A stretch of DNA of 64,000 bases from Bacillota bacterium (GTDB lineage: Bacteria; Bacillota; Limnochordia; Darwinibacteriales; Darwinibacteriaceae): positions 12,285 to 76,284 of the forward strand of contig JAKOTU010000090.1 in NCBI GenBank assembly GCA_029776155.1, written 5' to 3'. Shown piece by piece: positions 48,878 through 60,002 of the stretch. Every line of letters begins with the position of its first letter. Position 1 is the first letter of the stretch. The notes under the pieces were generated by a model. The model did not search any database. It was not told the DNA's origin and saw only the letters and a list, made by a program, of their open reading frames with translations. The position numbers and the translations under genes are program-made.

Positions 48878-50638
48878 TCAGCTAGAATGATGGCTGCAAA
48901 TGTCATAATACTCCTTCAGCAGCTGGTATAACTCCATGCGGACATCGAAACCTTCTCTATCATTCTCCAATAAGGCAAGTTTTTCCTCTATCTTCCGCAA
49001 TCTTCGCCTCTTCAAAACCGCCAGAAACGACCCAAGACAATCTTCCCAGCTTGCGACTGGTTCCTCCAGGGACAGCAGCCGACTGGCGGTGGACGCGGCG
49101 CGCTCATCAGACAAACCCGCACTCAGAGACAGAAAAAGATGGCGGTAGTCTGGGTGCTGGAAACTATCCGCAGCAATTCCCTGCTCTGTAATCTCCCGTA
49201 GGAGCCCCGGCTCCTGCAAAAGGTGCCGAAGTACTTCGCGCTCCCGCAGCTCTTCCCCTGCCTCCAGTGCAGAAACAGCGGCTGCCCGTTTGGGCGGGCT
49301 GCCCTTTAGATTACGCCTATTCTGCGCCCGGGGAACCCTGGGTATGCCCAGCCTCTGGTGAACCTCTGCTGCCAGCGCTTCTTCCCGCACACCTAGACGC
49401 TCCGCTGCATAGCGAGTGTATTCATCGCGCTCAACGGCGTTGGTAAGCTGAGATAGCAATGTAACAAGTTCTGTAGATGCGGCCAATTTTCCTTCTCTAG
49501 TTTCTACATCGTGTTGGGAAATAATTCTATCAATCTGGTATTCCCGAAAAGGCCGGGCACTATGCAACCAGGCCCGCACTCCTTCCATCCCTCGGGCGCG
49601 GGCAAAACTGTCGGGGTCCTCTCCCCCGGGCAGACTGGCCACGCGCACCTTCAGCCCGGAGGCATGTAACACCTCCATCCCCCGCCAAGCCGCCCTCTCC
49701 CCCGCGGCATCGCCGTCAAAGGCGATGATAGCCTGGGAGCAGAAGCGCTTCAGGAGCCTTGCATGGGCCGGAGTAAAGGCCGTCCCCAAGGAGGCCACCA
49801 CATTGCGCTGCCCAGCGGCAAACAGCGCGATCAAATCGGTGTATCCCTCCACAATCACTACCTGGTCCTGGGCTTGGATCTCCTCTTTGGACCAGTTTAA
49901 CCCGTAGAGAATCTGGCCCTTGTTGAACACCGCAGTCTGGCCCGTGTTCAGGTACTTGGGGCCGGAAGAGACTAGGCTCCTGCCGCCAAAGCCCACAAAG
50001 CGCCCTAGATGATCGCAAATGGGGAACATAACCCGCCCCCGGAAACGGTCGATAAAACCCCGCTGACCCGCAGTGACCAGCCCCGCGGCCTGGGCCACAG
50101 CCAGATCCACACCCTGGGTCTGGAGAAAACTAGCCAAGCCGTCCCACTCCTCCAGGGCATAACCCAGGTAGAAATGCCTGGCCAGTTCTTTGCTGATCCC
50201 CCTGCCTTCCAGGTAGGCGCGTGCCTTGGCCCCGGCTGGAGAGCGCAGATTTCGGTAGTAATAACGGGCCGCCAGCTGGTTCACCTGGCGCAGCTGCTCC
50301 CGCTCCTGTTCCTTCCGCTGGTCATGGGGGGATAGGGACGGCACTGGAATCCCCTTTTCCTGCGCCAGTTTCACCACCGCTTCCGGGAAGGATAGGTTTT
50401 CCGTTTCCATGATGAAGTTGAACACATTACCTCCCTTACCGCAGCCAAAGCAATGGAAAAACTGTTTTTCTGGGTTAACGGTCAAGGAGGGCGTTTTCTC
50501 ACTGTGAAAAGGGCACAGCCCCACATAATTCTTCCCCGTCTGGCGCAGCTCGACGCGCCGGCCGACTACTTCCACAATATCTACGGCAGCCCTGACCCGT
50601 TCCAGCCACTGCTCAGAAAACCTTGCGATCTCCGTCAC
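48878..50638 (-). CDS. dnaG: DNA primase
   Basis: 586 aa with a zinc finger (CPFHSEKTPS...CFGCG) and a TOPRIM domain (VIVEGYTDLI). It forms the classic dnaG-rpoD pair. Confidence 0.95.
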   Translation of the reverse strand: MTEIARFSEQWLERVRAAVDIVEVVGRRVELRQTGKNYVGLCPFHSEKTPSLTVNPEKQFFHCFGCGKGGNVFNFIMETENLSFPEAVVKLAQEKGIPVPSLSPHDQRKEQEREQLRQVNQLAARYYYRNLRSPAGAKARAYLEGRGISKELARHFYLGYALEEWDGLASFLQTQGVDLAVAQAAGLVTAGQRGFIDRFRGRVMFPICDHLGRFVGFGGRSLVSSGPKYLNTGQTAVFNKGQILYGLNWSKEEIQAQDQVVIVEGYTDLIALFAAGQRNVVASLGTAFTPAHARLLKRFCSQAIIAFDGDAAGERAAWRGMEVLHASGLKVRVASLPGGEDPDSFARARGMEGVRAWLHSARPFREYQIDRIISQHDVETREGKLAASTELVTLLSQLTNAVERDEYTRYAAERLGVREEALAAEVHQRLGIPRVPRAQNRRNLKGSPPKRAAAVSALEAGEELREREVLRHLLQEPGLLREITEQGIAADSFQHPDYRHLFLSLSAGLSDERAASTASRLLSLEEPVASWEDCLGSFLAVLKRRRLRKIEEKLALLENDREGFDVRMELYQLLKEYYDICSHHSS

Positions 50639-51620
50639 CCCCCCAGCCCCGGGGCAGAAACAGCCGCTGAAACTCCTGGGTTGCGAAGCTGTCAGTCATG
50701 CCGGCGATATAGTCCACCACTTCCACCTGGGGATCAGCAGCATTCTTGAAACGCTCACCGTGCTCCAGGTAGTAAGTGTAGAGCATACTGATCACTCCGT
50801 ACACCTTGGACTCCTCCTGCTTGGCCGCGGAGTTAAAATAGAAGTTTTCAAAAAGGAAACTCCGCAGAAGGTCAGTGGCCTCCTGGACCCTTGGACTCAT
50901 GGCCACCTGATTCTTGCCGAAGCTGGTGTGGAGAATATCCGTAACCATGGTTCGGATGCGCTCCCGGCTGGTGCGCCCCAAGACCTCTAGCACTTGTTCA
51001 GGCAGGTCCTCCTCCCGGAGGATTCCGCCCCGCACAGCATCTTCCACATCGTGATTCAGATAGGCTATGCGGTCGCAGATGCGCACCACCTGGCCCTCCA
51101 GAGTCTGGGGCAGAGTGTCCCCGGTATGGTGCAGAATGCCGTCCCGTACCTCCCAGGTCAAGTTGAGCCCGGGGTAGTCGGGAGCATACACCTCCAGCAC
51201 ATCCACCACCCGCAGGCTGTGCTCGTTGTGTCGGAAGTGGCCAACTAGGCGCTGGAGGGCAGCTTCGCCAGCATGCCCAAAAGGGGTATGCCCCAGATCG
51301 TGTCCCAGGGCAATGGCTTCCGTGAGGTCCTCGTTCAAACGCAAGGCCCGGGCCACACTTCTGGCTATTTGGGTTACCTCTAAGACATGGGTCATGCGGG
51401 TGCGGTAATGGTCTCCCTTGGGGGCGATGAAAACCTGGGTCTTGGATTTGAGGCGGCGAAACGCCTTGGAGTGGACGATGCGTTCCCGATCCTGCTGGAA
51501 ACAGGTAGAGTACGAACACGGCTCTTCGGGGTAAACACGCCCCTTACTCTGCCGCGCCTTCGCCGCGTAGGGGGATAAGTACTTCTCTTCCCATTCCAAA
51601 ATGGACTCCACGAAATTCAT
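50613..51620 (-). CDS. dGTP triphosphohydrolase-like HD-domain protein
   Basis: ATG 51620 (MNFVESILEWEEKYLSPYA) follows GGAGAGGGG. HD motifs RMTHVLEV and GHDLGHTPFGH are present. It overlaps the dnaG start by 26 nt. Confidence 0.85.
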   Translation of the reverse strand: MNFVESILEWEEKYLSPYAAKARQSKGRVYPEEPCSYSTCFQQDRERIVHSKAFRRLKSKTQVFIAPKGDHYRTRMTHVLEVTQIARSVARALRLNEDLTEAIALGHDLGHTPFGHAGEAALQRLVGHFRHNEHSLRVVDVLEVYAPDYPGLNLTWEVRDGILHHTGDTLPQTLEGQVVRICDRIAYLNHDVEDAVRGGILREEDLPEQVLEVLGRTSRERIRTMVTDILHTSFGKNQVAMSPRVQEATDLLRSFLFENFYFNSAAKQEESKVYGVISMLYTYYLEHGERFKNAADPQVEVVDYIAGMTDSFATQEFQRLFLPRGWGGDGDRKVF

Positions 51621-51779
51621 GTCTGCACCCCTCTCCATCAGCGCACAGTTCCTACCAGCTCCCTGAGCTTCCCCTTGCCGCCAGCACTTGCATCCTGCCC
51701 TTGAACGCGCAAGAACCCACACTAACATAGTATGGGTTCCCCGCGCCAAGAAGTTTTCCTTCTATGCTAACCCGCAGAC

Positions 51780-54410
51780 TTACCGTGGGTTGCGAATGTT
51801 GGCCTGGGCAGCAGCCAAACGGGCAATGGGCACGCGGAATGGCGAGCAGCTCACGTAATCTAAGCCAACACGATGGAAGAAGTCGATGGAAGCCGGGTCG
51901 CCGCCGTGCTCACCGCAGACGCCGATCTTCAGGTTCGCCCGCACGGAGCGGCCCTTCTCGACACCCATCTTAACCAGGGAGCCTACGCCCACCTGATCCA
52001 AGCTCTGGAACGGATCCTTTTCCAAGACGCCCTTTTCAATGTACTGGGGCAGGAAGGTTCCAGCGTCATCGCGGCTGAAGCCAAAGGTCATCTGGGTGAG
52101 GTCGTTGGTACCGAAGGAGAAGAACTCGGCTTCAGCGGCGATCTCATCGGCCACAACGCAAGCCCTGGGGATTTCCACCATGGTGCCCACCAGGTACTTG
52201 AACTCAACGCCAAACTCCTTCATGACCTCTTCGGCCACTTCGATGCAGACCTTTTTCATCAGCTTGAGCTCCTGCACAGTGCCGACCAAGGGAATCATAA
52301 CCTCTGGGAAGACCTGTACCCCTTCCTTGGTAAGCTCTGCCGCGGCCTCGAAAATGGCCCGGACCTGCATGGCGTAGATCTCAGGATAGGTCACACCAAG
52401 GCGCACGCCACGATGGCCCAGCATGGGGTTGATCTCCTCGAGGGCCTCAATGCGTGCCTTCAAGGCCTCTACCGTCACTCCCATGTCGGCGGCCAGCTTG
52501 CGGATGGTCTCGGCATCCTGGGGCACAAACTCATGCAGAGGAGGATCCAGCAAGCGCACCGTTACGGGTTTGCCCTGCATGGTCCGGAAAATCCCTTTGA
52601 AGTCGCCCTTCTGGTAAGGCAGCAGCTTAGCCAGGGCAGCTTCCCGTCCGGCTTGGTCTTGGGCAAAGATCATCTGGCGCACAGCGCTGATGCGGTCGCC
52701 TTCGAAGAACATGTGCTCTGTTCTGCACAACCCGATGCCCTCGGCGCCAAAGTCCAAAGCAATCTTGGCGTCGTGGGGCGTATCGGCGTTGGTGCGGATA
52801 CCCAGGGTGCGGAACTCATCGGCCCACTCCAAGAGGGTGCCTAGATTGCCGCTGACCTGAGCTTCCACCATGGGTACTTGGCCCACGATCACTTCGCCGG
52901 TGCTGCCGTTTAAGGTAATCCAGTCGCCTTCCTTGAGCTCAGTGGTGCCAAAGGTGAGGGTCTTTTTCTCTTCATCGATCAAAGCAGCGGCGCAGCCTGC
53001 TACACAGCACTTGCCCATACCGCGGGCAACTACGGCAGCGTGGGAGGTCATACCGCCGCGGGCCGTTAAGATACCCTCGGCTACGTGCATGCCACCGATA
53101 TCCTCAGGGGAGGTCTCGTTGCGGACCAGGATAACCTGTTCACCGCGCTCTTTCCACTGCTCGGCTTCTTCCGCGGTAAACACGATGCGGCCGGCTGCGG
53201 CACCCGGAGAGGCAGGCAGACCTTTAGCAATGGCCTCATACTTGGCTTTGGGATCGATCATGGGATGGAGCAGCTGATCGAGCTGTTCGGGCTCGACACG
53301 CAGAAGGGCAGTCTTCTTGTCAATGAGCCCCTCTTCCACCATTTCCACGGCAATGCGCACAGCTGCAGTGGCCGTCCGCTTACCGACGCGGGTCTGCAGG
53401 ATGTACAGCTTACCTTCCTGAATGGTGAACTCGATATCCTGCATATCCTTGTAGTGGTTCTCCAGCCGCTTATAAATCTGTTCCAGCTCTGCGTAGACTT
53501 CAGGCATGCCCTTCTTGAGCTCGGCAATGGGCAGAGGAGTGCGGATACCTGCTACCACGTCTTCACCTTGGGCATTCATGAGGTACTCGCCGTAGAACAC
53601 GTTTTCACCGGTGGAAGGATCACGGGTGAAGGCCACGCCTGTACCAGAGGTTTCGCCCATGTTACCAAAGACCATGGCCTGGACGTTCACAGCTGTACCC
53701 CAATCGTGGGGAATGTTGTTGATCTGGCGGTAACGGATGGCCCGAGCACCGTTCCAGGAACGGAACACGGCGTCGATCGCTCCCCGCAGCTGTTCAACTG
53801 GATCATCGGGGAACAGAGTGCCTGCGGCATTCTTAACGATAGCTTTGTACTCCTGAACCAGGGCCTTGAGAGCCTCTACGCTCAACTCGTTATCCTGCTC
53901 CACGCCCTCTTCGGCGCGCTTTTTGGCGATGGTCTCCTCAAAGAGTTCATGGGCCACACCCATGACCACATCACCGTACATATGGATGAAACGGCGGTAG
54001 GAGTCCCAGGCAAAACGGGGGTTCCCCGATTTCTTAGCCAGAGCTTCCACAGTGGTGTCATTCAAGCCCAGGTTCAAGACGGTGTCCATCATACCAGGCA
54101 TGGATACCCGTGCACCGGAGCGGACAGAAACCAGGAGAGGATTCTCCTCGTCGCCGAACTTGGCTCCCATGGCTTGTTCTAACTTGGCCAAATTCTCCAT
54201 GACCTGTTCTTCCAAACCTTCCGGCCACTGCTCATTGTTGCCGTAAAAAGCCGTGCAGGCTTCGGTGGTGATGGTAAAGCCGGGGGGCACGGGAATGCCC
54301 AGGGCTGTCATCTCGGCTAAGTTGGCACCTTTACCGCCAACTAGGTTCCGGTTGCCCTCTTGGCCTTCAGTGCGGCCGCTGCCAAAAAAGTAAACCCACT
54401 TGGTGTTCAT
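51780..54410 (-). CDS. ppdK: pyruvate, phosphate dikinase
   Basis: ~876 aa with the catalytic His loop [13 protein letters not shown] and a C-terminal PEP-utilising TIM barrel (GICGE-type: VCGEHGGDP). ATG 54410 is spaced 5 nt after AAGGAGGA. Confidence 0.97.
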   Translation of the reverse strand: MNTKWVYFFGSGRTEGQEGNRNLVGGKGANLAEMTALGIPVPPGFTITTEACTAFYGNNEQWPEGLEEQVMENLAKLEQAMGAKFGDEENPLLVSVRSGARVSMPGMMDTVLNLGLNDTTVEALAKKSGNPRFAWDSYRRFIHMYGDVVMGVAHELFEETIAKKRAEEGVEQDNELSVEALKALVQEYKAIVKNAAGTLFPDDPVEQLRGAIDAVFRSWNGARAIRYRQINNIPHDWGTAVNVQAMVFGNMGETSGTGVAFTRDPSTGENVFYGEYLMNAQGEDVVAGIRTPLPIAELKKGMPEVYAELEQIYKRLENHYKDMQDIEFTIQEGKLYILQTRVGKRTATAAVRIAVEMVEEGLIDKKTALLRVEPEQLDQLLHPMIDPKAKYEAIAKGLPASPGAAAGRIVFTAEEAEQWKERGEQVILVRNETSPEDIGGMHVAEGILTARGGMTSHAAVVARGMGKCCVAGCAAALIDEEKKTLTFGTTELKEGDWITLNGSTGEVIVGQVPMVEAQVSGNLGTLLEWADEFRTLGIRTNADTPHDAKIALDFGAEGIGLCRTEHMFFEGDRISAVRQMIFAQDQAGREAALAKLLPYQKGDFKGIFRTMQGKPVTVRLLDPPLHEFVPQDAETIRKLAADMGVTVEALKARIEALEEINPMLGHRGVRLGVTYPEIYAMQVRAIFEAAAELTKEGVQVFPEVMIPLVGTVQELKLMKKVCIEVAEEVMKEFGVEFKYLVGTMVEIPRACVVADEIAAEAEFFSFGTNDLTQMTFGFSRDDAGTFLPQYIEKGVLEKDPFQSLDQVGVGSLVKMGVEKGRSVRANLKIGVCGEHGGDPASIDFFHRVGLDYVSCSPFRVPIARLAAAQANIRNPR

Positions 54411-54466
54411 GCACATCCTCCTTCTGCGTTTCTTACTCTATAATTCCCCATGGGGGAACATATCTG

Positions 54467-54548
54467 AAGAAGCGGAAAATATTGGCTCAAATACCAACCT
54501 AATCTATTCTTTATCCCCCCTGGTTCTCCTTCTCCCAATCCGCTTCTT
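54467..54548. repeat. 10-bp perfect inverted repeat bracketing most of the glyS-ppdK spacer
   Basis: AAGAAGCGGA (54467-54476) and TCCGCTTCTT (54539-54548) are separated by 62 nt. The right arm overlaps the glyS stop codon. Confidence 0.8.
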
Positions 54549-56611
54549 TACTTATTTCCAACAACCAGGTGCAAATCACCACACAATCGATACAATCTCA
54601 CCGCCTGATTGAGTAAAGCCAACCGGTTGCCCCGCACAACGGGGTCCTGATCCATAATCATCACCTGATCAAAGAAACGGTCGATGGGGCCCCGGAGCGC
54701 CGCGAGCTGCTGCAGAAGGCCCTTAAAGTCGCCCTGAGCCGCCAGGGCCAGGCAGGCCTTTTCGGCTGCCTGCAGCGCTTGGTGGAACTCGGCGTCGGCA
54801 GCAGCAAACACACTAGGTGTAAGCTCGCTACCGCTGCCTTTGGCCGCCAGATTAGCTACCCGTTCAAAACCAGTGAGCAGATCCACAAAACCAGCTTCCT
54901 CCCGGAACTGGGCCAAGGCCTTCACCTTAGCTTCTAGGCTGGGGATGCACTCGTCCCCTCCAGCTAAAACCGCATCAACTAGATCGTAGCTGTAGCCCTG
55001 CTCCAAAAGGATCACCCTCAGCCGGGCCAGCAGGAAATCCACCAGAGCCTGGGTGCGCTCCTCACCTAAGGGAAGGTCAGCATACCGCTCCTCGGCAGCT
55101 TCAATGAGCTCCCGCAGGGAGATGGCATAGCCTCCCCGGCGCAGGATCTGCACAACTCCCTGAGCTTGACGGCGCAGGGCAAAGGGATCCTGGGACCCTG
55201 TGGGAATCTTCCCCAGAGCGAAGTAACCCACCAGCGTATCCAGTTTGTCCGCCAAGCTGACCACAGTGCCTTCCACCGTTTCGGGCAGGCCATCGCCGGC
55301 AAAGCGGGGCAGATAGTGCTCGCGGATACCAGCGGCCACTGCGGGATCCTCGCCTTGGGCCAAAGCATACTTCTCCCCCATAATCCCCTGCAGCTCAGGA
55401 AACTCATAGACCATCTGGGTGACCAAATCGCTCTTTGCCAGGCGGGCCGTGCGTAAAGCCGTCTCGAGCCGGTCAGCGTGGCCCAGCCGCTCTGCCAAAA
55501 ACGCGGTGAGCTTTTCCAAACGCCGCACCTTATCCCCCATGGTGCCCAGCCTTTCCTGGAACACCACCTGTTCCAGCCGGGGCAGCTGATCAACCAGCTT
55601 TACCTTCAGATCCTCTTCGTAGAAGAACTTGGCATCGGCCAAGCGCGCCGCCAGCACCTTTTCGTTCCCCTTGATCACCAAATCCAGGTGGTTATCGGCG
55701 CCATTGCGCACCCCGATGAAACTGGCCTGGAGCTGTCCCTGGGCGTTGTGGAGGGGAAAATAGCGCTGATGCTCCTTCATGGAGGTAATCAAGACCTCCG
55801 CCGGAACGGTCAAATACTCGGGAGAGAACTCCCCTCTGAAGGCAGTGGGGTATTCCACTAAGTTGACGATTTCCCCCAAGAGGCGCTCATCTTCCTTCAC
55901 CCAGGCATTGTGTCTGGCGGCCAAATCCTGAATCTGCTGCCAAATGGCCGCGCGCCGCTCTTGGGCATCGGCCATGACATAGTGCTCTTTCAAGGTGGAA
56001 AGATACGCCTGGGGCTCGGCAATCACCACCGGTCCTGAACTCAGCTGGCGATGCCCGAAGCTTTCCCGCCCAGCCTTGATCGGACCCACTTCCAGGGGAA
56101 TCACCTGGGTGCCGAATAAAGCTACAATCCAGCGCAGAGGTCGGGCATAACGCAGATCGTAATTGCCCCAGCGCATGTTCTTGGGAAAACTCAGGTTAGC
56201 TATAATCTCCTCTAAGAGAGGTTTGAGGAGTCTAAACGTGGGCTGGCCCTGCACTTCCCTTTGGATGTAAATGTAGTCCGCCCCTTGATAAGACTTGACA
56301 ATGATGTCCTTTTCCTCAGCGTTTTGGGAGCGCAGAAAGCCAAGGCCGGCTTTCGTGAGCTTGCCCTCCTCATCCCGGGCAATACGCAGGGGCGGGCCTT
56401 TAATCTCCTCCACCAAATCCTCCTGCTGCTCCTGGAGCTGTTCCACAAGTACAGCTAAGCGGCGGGGGGTGCTGAAAGTGTGAACCTGCCCAAAGCCCAA
56501 ACGCTCCTGGGAGAGCTTGGCCGTGATGGCCTCAGACAGCTGTTTCAGCGCGCCTTCGATAAAGCGGGCAGGCAGCTCTTCAAAGCCTAGTTCCAGCAAA
56601 AGATCCTGCAT
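54548..56611 (-). CDS. glyS: glycine--tRNA ligase beta subunit
   Basis: 687 aa with MQDLLLELGFEELPARF at the N-terminus. Its start abuts the glyQ stop (TAGATG). Confidence 0.95.
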   Translation of the reverse strand: MQDLLLELGFEELPARFIEGALKQLSEAITAKLSQERLGFGQVHTFSTPRRLAVLVEQLQEQQEDLVEEIKGPPLRIARDEEGKLTKAGLGFLRSQNAEEKDIIVKSYQGADYIYIQREVQGQPTFRLLKPLLEEIIANLSFPKNMRWGNYDLRYARPLRWIVALFGTQVIPLEVGPIKAGRESFGHRQLSSGPVVIAEPQAYLSTLKEHYVMADAQERRAAIWQQIQDLAARHNAWVKEDERLLGEIVNLVEYPTAFRGEFSPEYLTVPAEVLITSMKEHQRYFPLHNAQGQLQASFIGVRNGADNHLDLVIKGNEKVLAARLADAKFFYEEDLKVKLVDQLPRLEQVVFQERLGTMGDKVRRLEKLTAFLAERLGHADRLETALRTARLAKSDLVTQMVYEFPELQGIMGEKYALAQGEDPAVAAGIREHYLPRFAGDGLPETVEGTVVSLADKLDTLVGYFALGKIPTGSQDPFALRRQAQGVVQILRRGGYAISLRELIEAAEERYADLPLGEERTQALVDFLLARLRVILLEQGYSYDLVDAVLAGGDECIPSLEAKVKALAQFREEAGFVDLLTGFERVANLAAKGSGSELTPSVFAAADAEFHQALQAAEKACLALAAQGDFKGLLQQLAALRGPIDRFFDQVMIMDQDPVVRGNRLALLNQAVRLYRLCGDLHLVVGNK

Positions 56612-57490
56612 CTAGACAGCCCCTCTCTTCAATAGTGGAAAGCCCAGCCTTTCCCGCTCTGCCAGATAACCCTGGGCTGCCAGGCGGGCCAAGGCCCGAA
56701 CACGGCTGATAAAACGGGTTCTTTCGCTCACACTTAAGGCGCCGCGGGCATCCAGAAGATTAAAGGTATGGGAACACTTGAGCACATAATCATACCCAGG
56801 CAGCACCAAGCCCAGCTCGATCAAGCGCTTGGCTTCATCCTCATACAGATCGAACAAGGTAAAGAGCTTCTCCGTATCCGCTGCCTCAAAGTTGTACTTG
56901 GAGTACTCCACTTCGTTCTGGAGAAAAACATCTCCATAGGTTACCCCGTCCACCCAAACCAGGTCGAAAATGGAGTTCACTCCCTGGATGAACATGGCCA
57001 GCCGCTCCACACCGTAGGTGATCTCCGCGGACACGGGCTTCACATCGATCCCGCCCACCTGCTGAAAGTAGGTGAACTGAGTGATCTCCATTCCATCCAG
57101 CCACACCTCCCAGCCCAGGCCCCAGGCCCCGAGGGTGGGAGACTCCCAGTCATCTTCCACAAAGCGCACATCGTGCTTGCCCAGGTCGATGCCCAGCGCT
57201 TCCAAGCTTTTCAGATAAACATCCTGCACATCATCGGGAGAGGGCTTGAGGATCACCTGAAACTGATAGTAATGCTGGACCCGGTTGGGATTCTCTCCGT
57301 AGCGTCCGTCGGTGGGGCGCCGGCTCGGCTGCACGTAGGCCACATTCCAAGGCTCGGGGCCCAGCGCTTTCAAAAAAGTGGCTGGCGACATGGTTCCCGC
57401 GCCAACCTCCAGATCGTAGGGCTGATAAATTATGCACCCCTGCTCTGCCCAAAAGGCTTGCAGCTTTAAGATCATCTCCTGAAGATTCAC
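56612..57490 (-). CDS. glyQ: glycine--tRNA ligase alpha subunit
   Basis: 292 aa with highly conserved blocks ([35 protein letters not shown]). GTG start. Confidence 0.97.
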   Translation of the reverse strand: MNLQEMILKLQAFWAEQGCIIYQPYDLEVGAGTMSPATFLKALGPEPWNVAYVQPSRRPTDGRYGENPNRVQHYYQFQVILKPSPDDVQDVYLKSLEALGIDLGKHDVRFVEDDWESPTLGAWGLGWEVWLDGMEITQFTYFQQVGGIDVKPVSAEITYGVERLAMFIQGVNSIFDLVWVDGVTYGDVFLQNEVEYSKYNFEAADTEKLFTLFDLYEDEAKRLIELGLVLPGYDYVLKCSHTFNLLDARGALSVSERTRFISRVRALARLAAQGYLAERERLGFPLLKRGAV

Positions 57491-57597
57491 TCAGCCACCC
57501 CTCTCTTATTTTGAAAACCTTTCACCCAACGACCAGGGACGAAAGGTTCTCCAGAGGCTCGTATAGAGCGCCTTGACGGCGCTAGTATTACGTTTCA

Positions 57598-57626
57598 GTT
57601 ATACCAAATCCACCACAAATTGTCAA
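57598..57626 (-). promoter_or_regulatory. candidate sigma-A promoter of glyQS
   Basis: The minus strand reads TTGACA, a 17-nt spacer, then TATAAC. The -35 overlaps the recO stop codon, and the -10 lies ~105 nt upstream of the glyQ GTG. Confidence 0.6.
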
Positions 57627-58375
57627 TCTGGCCCGGGAGGAACCGCCGTGAGGGTGTCTAGGAAGTCTAAGGATTTCAAAGGATATTCTAGCCGGAAATC
57701 CAGGTACCTACGCATCACCCGGCGCAGTTCCTCTTCAAGGTTTCCCGCTGGATGCAGCACGGTGAGCTTAGAGAACTCCCACTCCAAGAGCTTCTTCATC
57801 AGTTCCCACGCGCCGTTGGAAAGGGGCACGCTCCCAGGAATCTGTCCTGCACACTTGGAACACAGCACGCCTCCCTGCTCGCTAAAGAAGAGTCTCTCCC
57901 GAACGGGTTCCCGGCAGCTCAGGCAGGCATACAGCTCCGGCTCGTAGCCCAACTCCCGCATGAGCCTAAGCTCAAAGGCCCGGGCTGCAAGTTTGAGCCG
58001 TCCCTGGCTCGCCAGGGCCAGACTGCCGACCAAGAGTGCGAACACCTCTGCGGCCGGATCCTCTTCAGGAGTTAAGGCATCCACAAGCTCAGTGATGTAG
58101 GAAGCATAGGCCAGCTTCTCCAAATCGTCGCGCAGGCTCTGCCCGCTATGCACAATCTCCGCTTGGCTGAGGTTGTGGAGCTCCTTGCCTGGAAAAATGA
58201 GATACTGCCCGTGGGTAAACAGCTGGGTGGAACTGAGCAGGCGATTGCGGACCCGCCTTGCTCCCCTGGCCACCGCCTGCAGCTTGCCCCGTTCTTTTGT
58301 GTAGATCGTCACGATCCGGTCCGCTTCCCCGAAGTTGCGGACGCGCAGGACGATTCCTTCCACCTTCCAGATCAA
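57623..58375 (-). CDS. recO: DNA repair protein RecO
   Basis: 250 aa with an N-terminal OB fold ([21 protein letters not shown]) and a Cys4 zinc motif (CLSC...CSKC). TTG start overlaps the ruvB stop (TTGA). Confidence 0.9.
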   Translation of the reverse strand: MIWKVEGIVLRVRNFGEADRIVTIYTKERGKLQAVARGARRVRNRLLSSTQLFTHGQYLIFPGKELHNLSQAEIVHSGQSLRDDLEKLAYASYITELVDALTPEEDPAAEVFALLVGSLALASQGRLKLAARAFELRLMRELGYEPELYACLSCREPVRERLFFSEQGGVLCSKCAGQIPGSVPLSNGAWELMKKLLEWEFSKLTVLHPAGNLEEELRRVMRRYLDFRLEYPLKSLDFLDTLTAVPPGPD

Positions 58376-59391
58376 CGCTGCTCACCATCGGCTTCCGGGG
58401 GCTGAATGCCCAGGTACTCATAGCCCAACCTGGTCAGGCAGCGGCCTCTAGCGGTTCTCTGCACCAGGCCGAGCTGCAGCAGGAAGGGTTCATACACATC
58501 TTCGATGGTGGCTGCCTCTTCACCGATCACCGCGCTGAGGCTATCCACCCCCACGGGACCTCCTCCAAACACCTGGTGGATAGTGTGCAGAATCCTCCGG
58601 TCCATGGGATCTAGACCGTTATCGTCAATCTCGAACAAGCTGAGGGCCTCTCGGGCCACCCCATGGGAAATGCGGTTATTTGCCCGTACTTGGGCGTAAT
58701 CCCGCACCCGTTTCAGCAGGCGGTTGGCCACCCGGGGTGTACCCCGGGAGCGTTTGGCAATCTCCTCGGCTCCCCCATGCTCGATCTCAATATTGAGAAT
58801 CCCCGCGGCGCGCAGCACAATTGCCTGCAGATCCTCAACGCTGTACAGCTCCAGGCGGCTGATCATGCCGAAGCGGTCCCGGAGAGGGGAGGTGAGCATC
58901 CCTGCCCTGGTTGTGGCCCCCACCAGGGTAAACGGGGGTAGGTCAATGCGTACTGACCTGGCTCCCGGGCCTTTACCGATCACAATATCAACCACACCGT
59001 CCTCCATGGCAGGATAAAGCACTTCCTCCACCTGTCTGCTGAGGCGGTGAATCTCGTCGATAAAAATCACGTCCTTAGCTTGAATGCTGGTCAAGATGGC
59101 CACCAAGTCCCCCTGGCGTTCAATGGCAGGACCCGAGGTGACGTGAATGCCCACCCCCATTTCCGCGGCAATGATGTGGGCGAGGCTGGTCTTCCCCAAG
59201 CCCGGGGGCCCGTAGAGGAGCACATGATCCAGAGCTTCGCCGCGCTGTTTAGCAGCGGTGATGAACAGCCGCAAATGCTCCTTCACCTTATCCTGGCCGA
59301 TGTACTCCGCCAAGGTCCTGGGCCTCAGCGACCTGTCCACATCCCAATCATCCGGCCTTTTCCAGGCGCTGACTATCCGTTCCGTCTCCAA
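58372..59391 (-). CDS. ruvB: Holliday junction helicase RuvB
   Basis: 339 aa with Walker [12 protein letters not shown] and Walker B IFIDEIHR. Confidence 0.97.
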   Translation of the reverse strand: METERIVSAWKRPDDWDVDRSLRPRTLAEYIGQDKVKEHLRLFITAAKQRGEALDHVLLYGPPGLGKTSLAHIIAAEMGVGIHVTSGPAIERQGDLVAILTSIQAKDVIFIDEIHRLSRQVEEVLYPAMEDGVVDIVIGKGPGARSVRIDLPPFTLVGATTRAGMLTSPLRDRFGMISRLELYSVEDLQAIVLRAAGILNIEIEHGGAEEIAKRSRGTPRVANRLLKRVRDYAQVRANNRISHGVAREALSLFEIDDNGLDPMDRRILHTIHQVFGGGPVGVDSLSAVIGEEAATIEDVYEPFLLQLGLVQRTARGRCLTRLGYEYLGIQPPEADGEQR

Positions 59392-60002
59392 ACCCGTTCA
59401 CCCCTCTGCTGGCTGTTCTGGGCCAAGGCCACCTTCAAGAGCTCCTGTAGATCATACTCGTCCGGGAGCTGCAGTTGGGCTTGACTGACCATGCGCTCAG
59501 CTTCACTCAGACTGTAACCAAGAGCGATCAAAGCCTCCACCGCATCGTCTAAAATGGTTCCTGGCTGCTCCGGCGGCCTCTCCTCTTCAGGCCAGGAGGC
59601 AGCAGCAAAGGCGTCCTTTAGTTCCAGCAAGATCCGCTCACCTGTTTTCTTGCCCACGCCCGGAAGTTTGGTGAGGGCCTTGAGATCCTTGGTCTGGACT
59701 GCGCGGATAAACTCCCAGGGAGTAATGCTAGAGATGATGGCCATGCCGCTCTTGGGCCCGATCCCAGCCACGCCGATTATTTTCTCGAACAGGCGCTTCT
59801 CCTCCCAAGAGGAGAAGCCATAGAGGGTCAAACCATCATCGCGCACCTGCAGATAGGTGTAAACCTGCACTTCCTGCCCTAAAGGGGGCAACGCGCGCAG
59901 AACAGAGGCAGAGGCGTTGATCTCATAACCCACGCCCTGCACATCCAGGATCACAGTATTGTCCGTGGCCTCCACCAGCCGACCCCGCAGGGCAACGATC
60001 AT
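59373..60002 (-). CDS. ruvA: Holliday junction DNA-binding protein RuvA
   Basis: ATG 60002 ([11 protein letters not shown]) overlaps the ruvC stop (ATGA) and follows GGGGGAGGAGAG. HhH motifs are present ([12 protein letters not shown]). Confidence 0.92.
   Translation of the reverse strand: MIVALRGRLVEATDNTVILDVQGVGYEINASASVLRALPPLGQEVQVYTYLQVRDDGLTLYGFSSWEEKRLFEKIIGVAGIGPKSGMAIISSITPWEFIRAVQTKDLKALTKLPGVGKKTGERILLELKDAFAAASWPEEERPPEQPGTILDDAVEALIALGYSLSEAERMVSQAQLQLPDEYDLQELLKVALAQNSQQRGERVWRRNG

Noticed and set aside
54454-54468. The near-palindrome TTCCCCATGGGGGAA upstream of ppdK, considered as a transcription-factor site.
   Set aside because: The two halves are unequal (4 C against 5 G), and there is no second copy or known motif match. 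It is mentioned only as context in the spacer finding.
57491-57622. An expected glycine T-box riboswitch upstream of glyQS.
   Set aside because: The leader is only ~105 nt from the best promoter, and I could not find the conserved T-box sequence or a specifier loop. It is reported instead as an open question in the findings.
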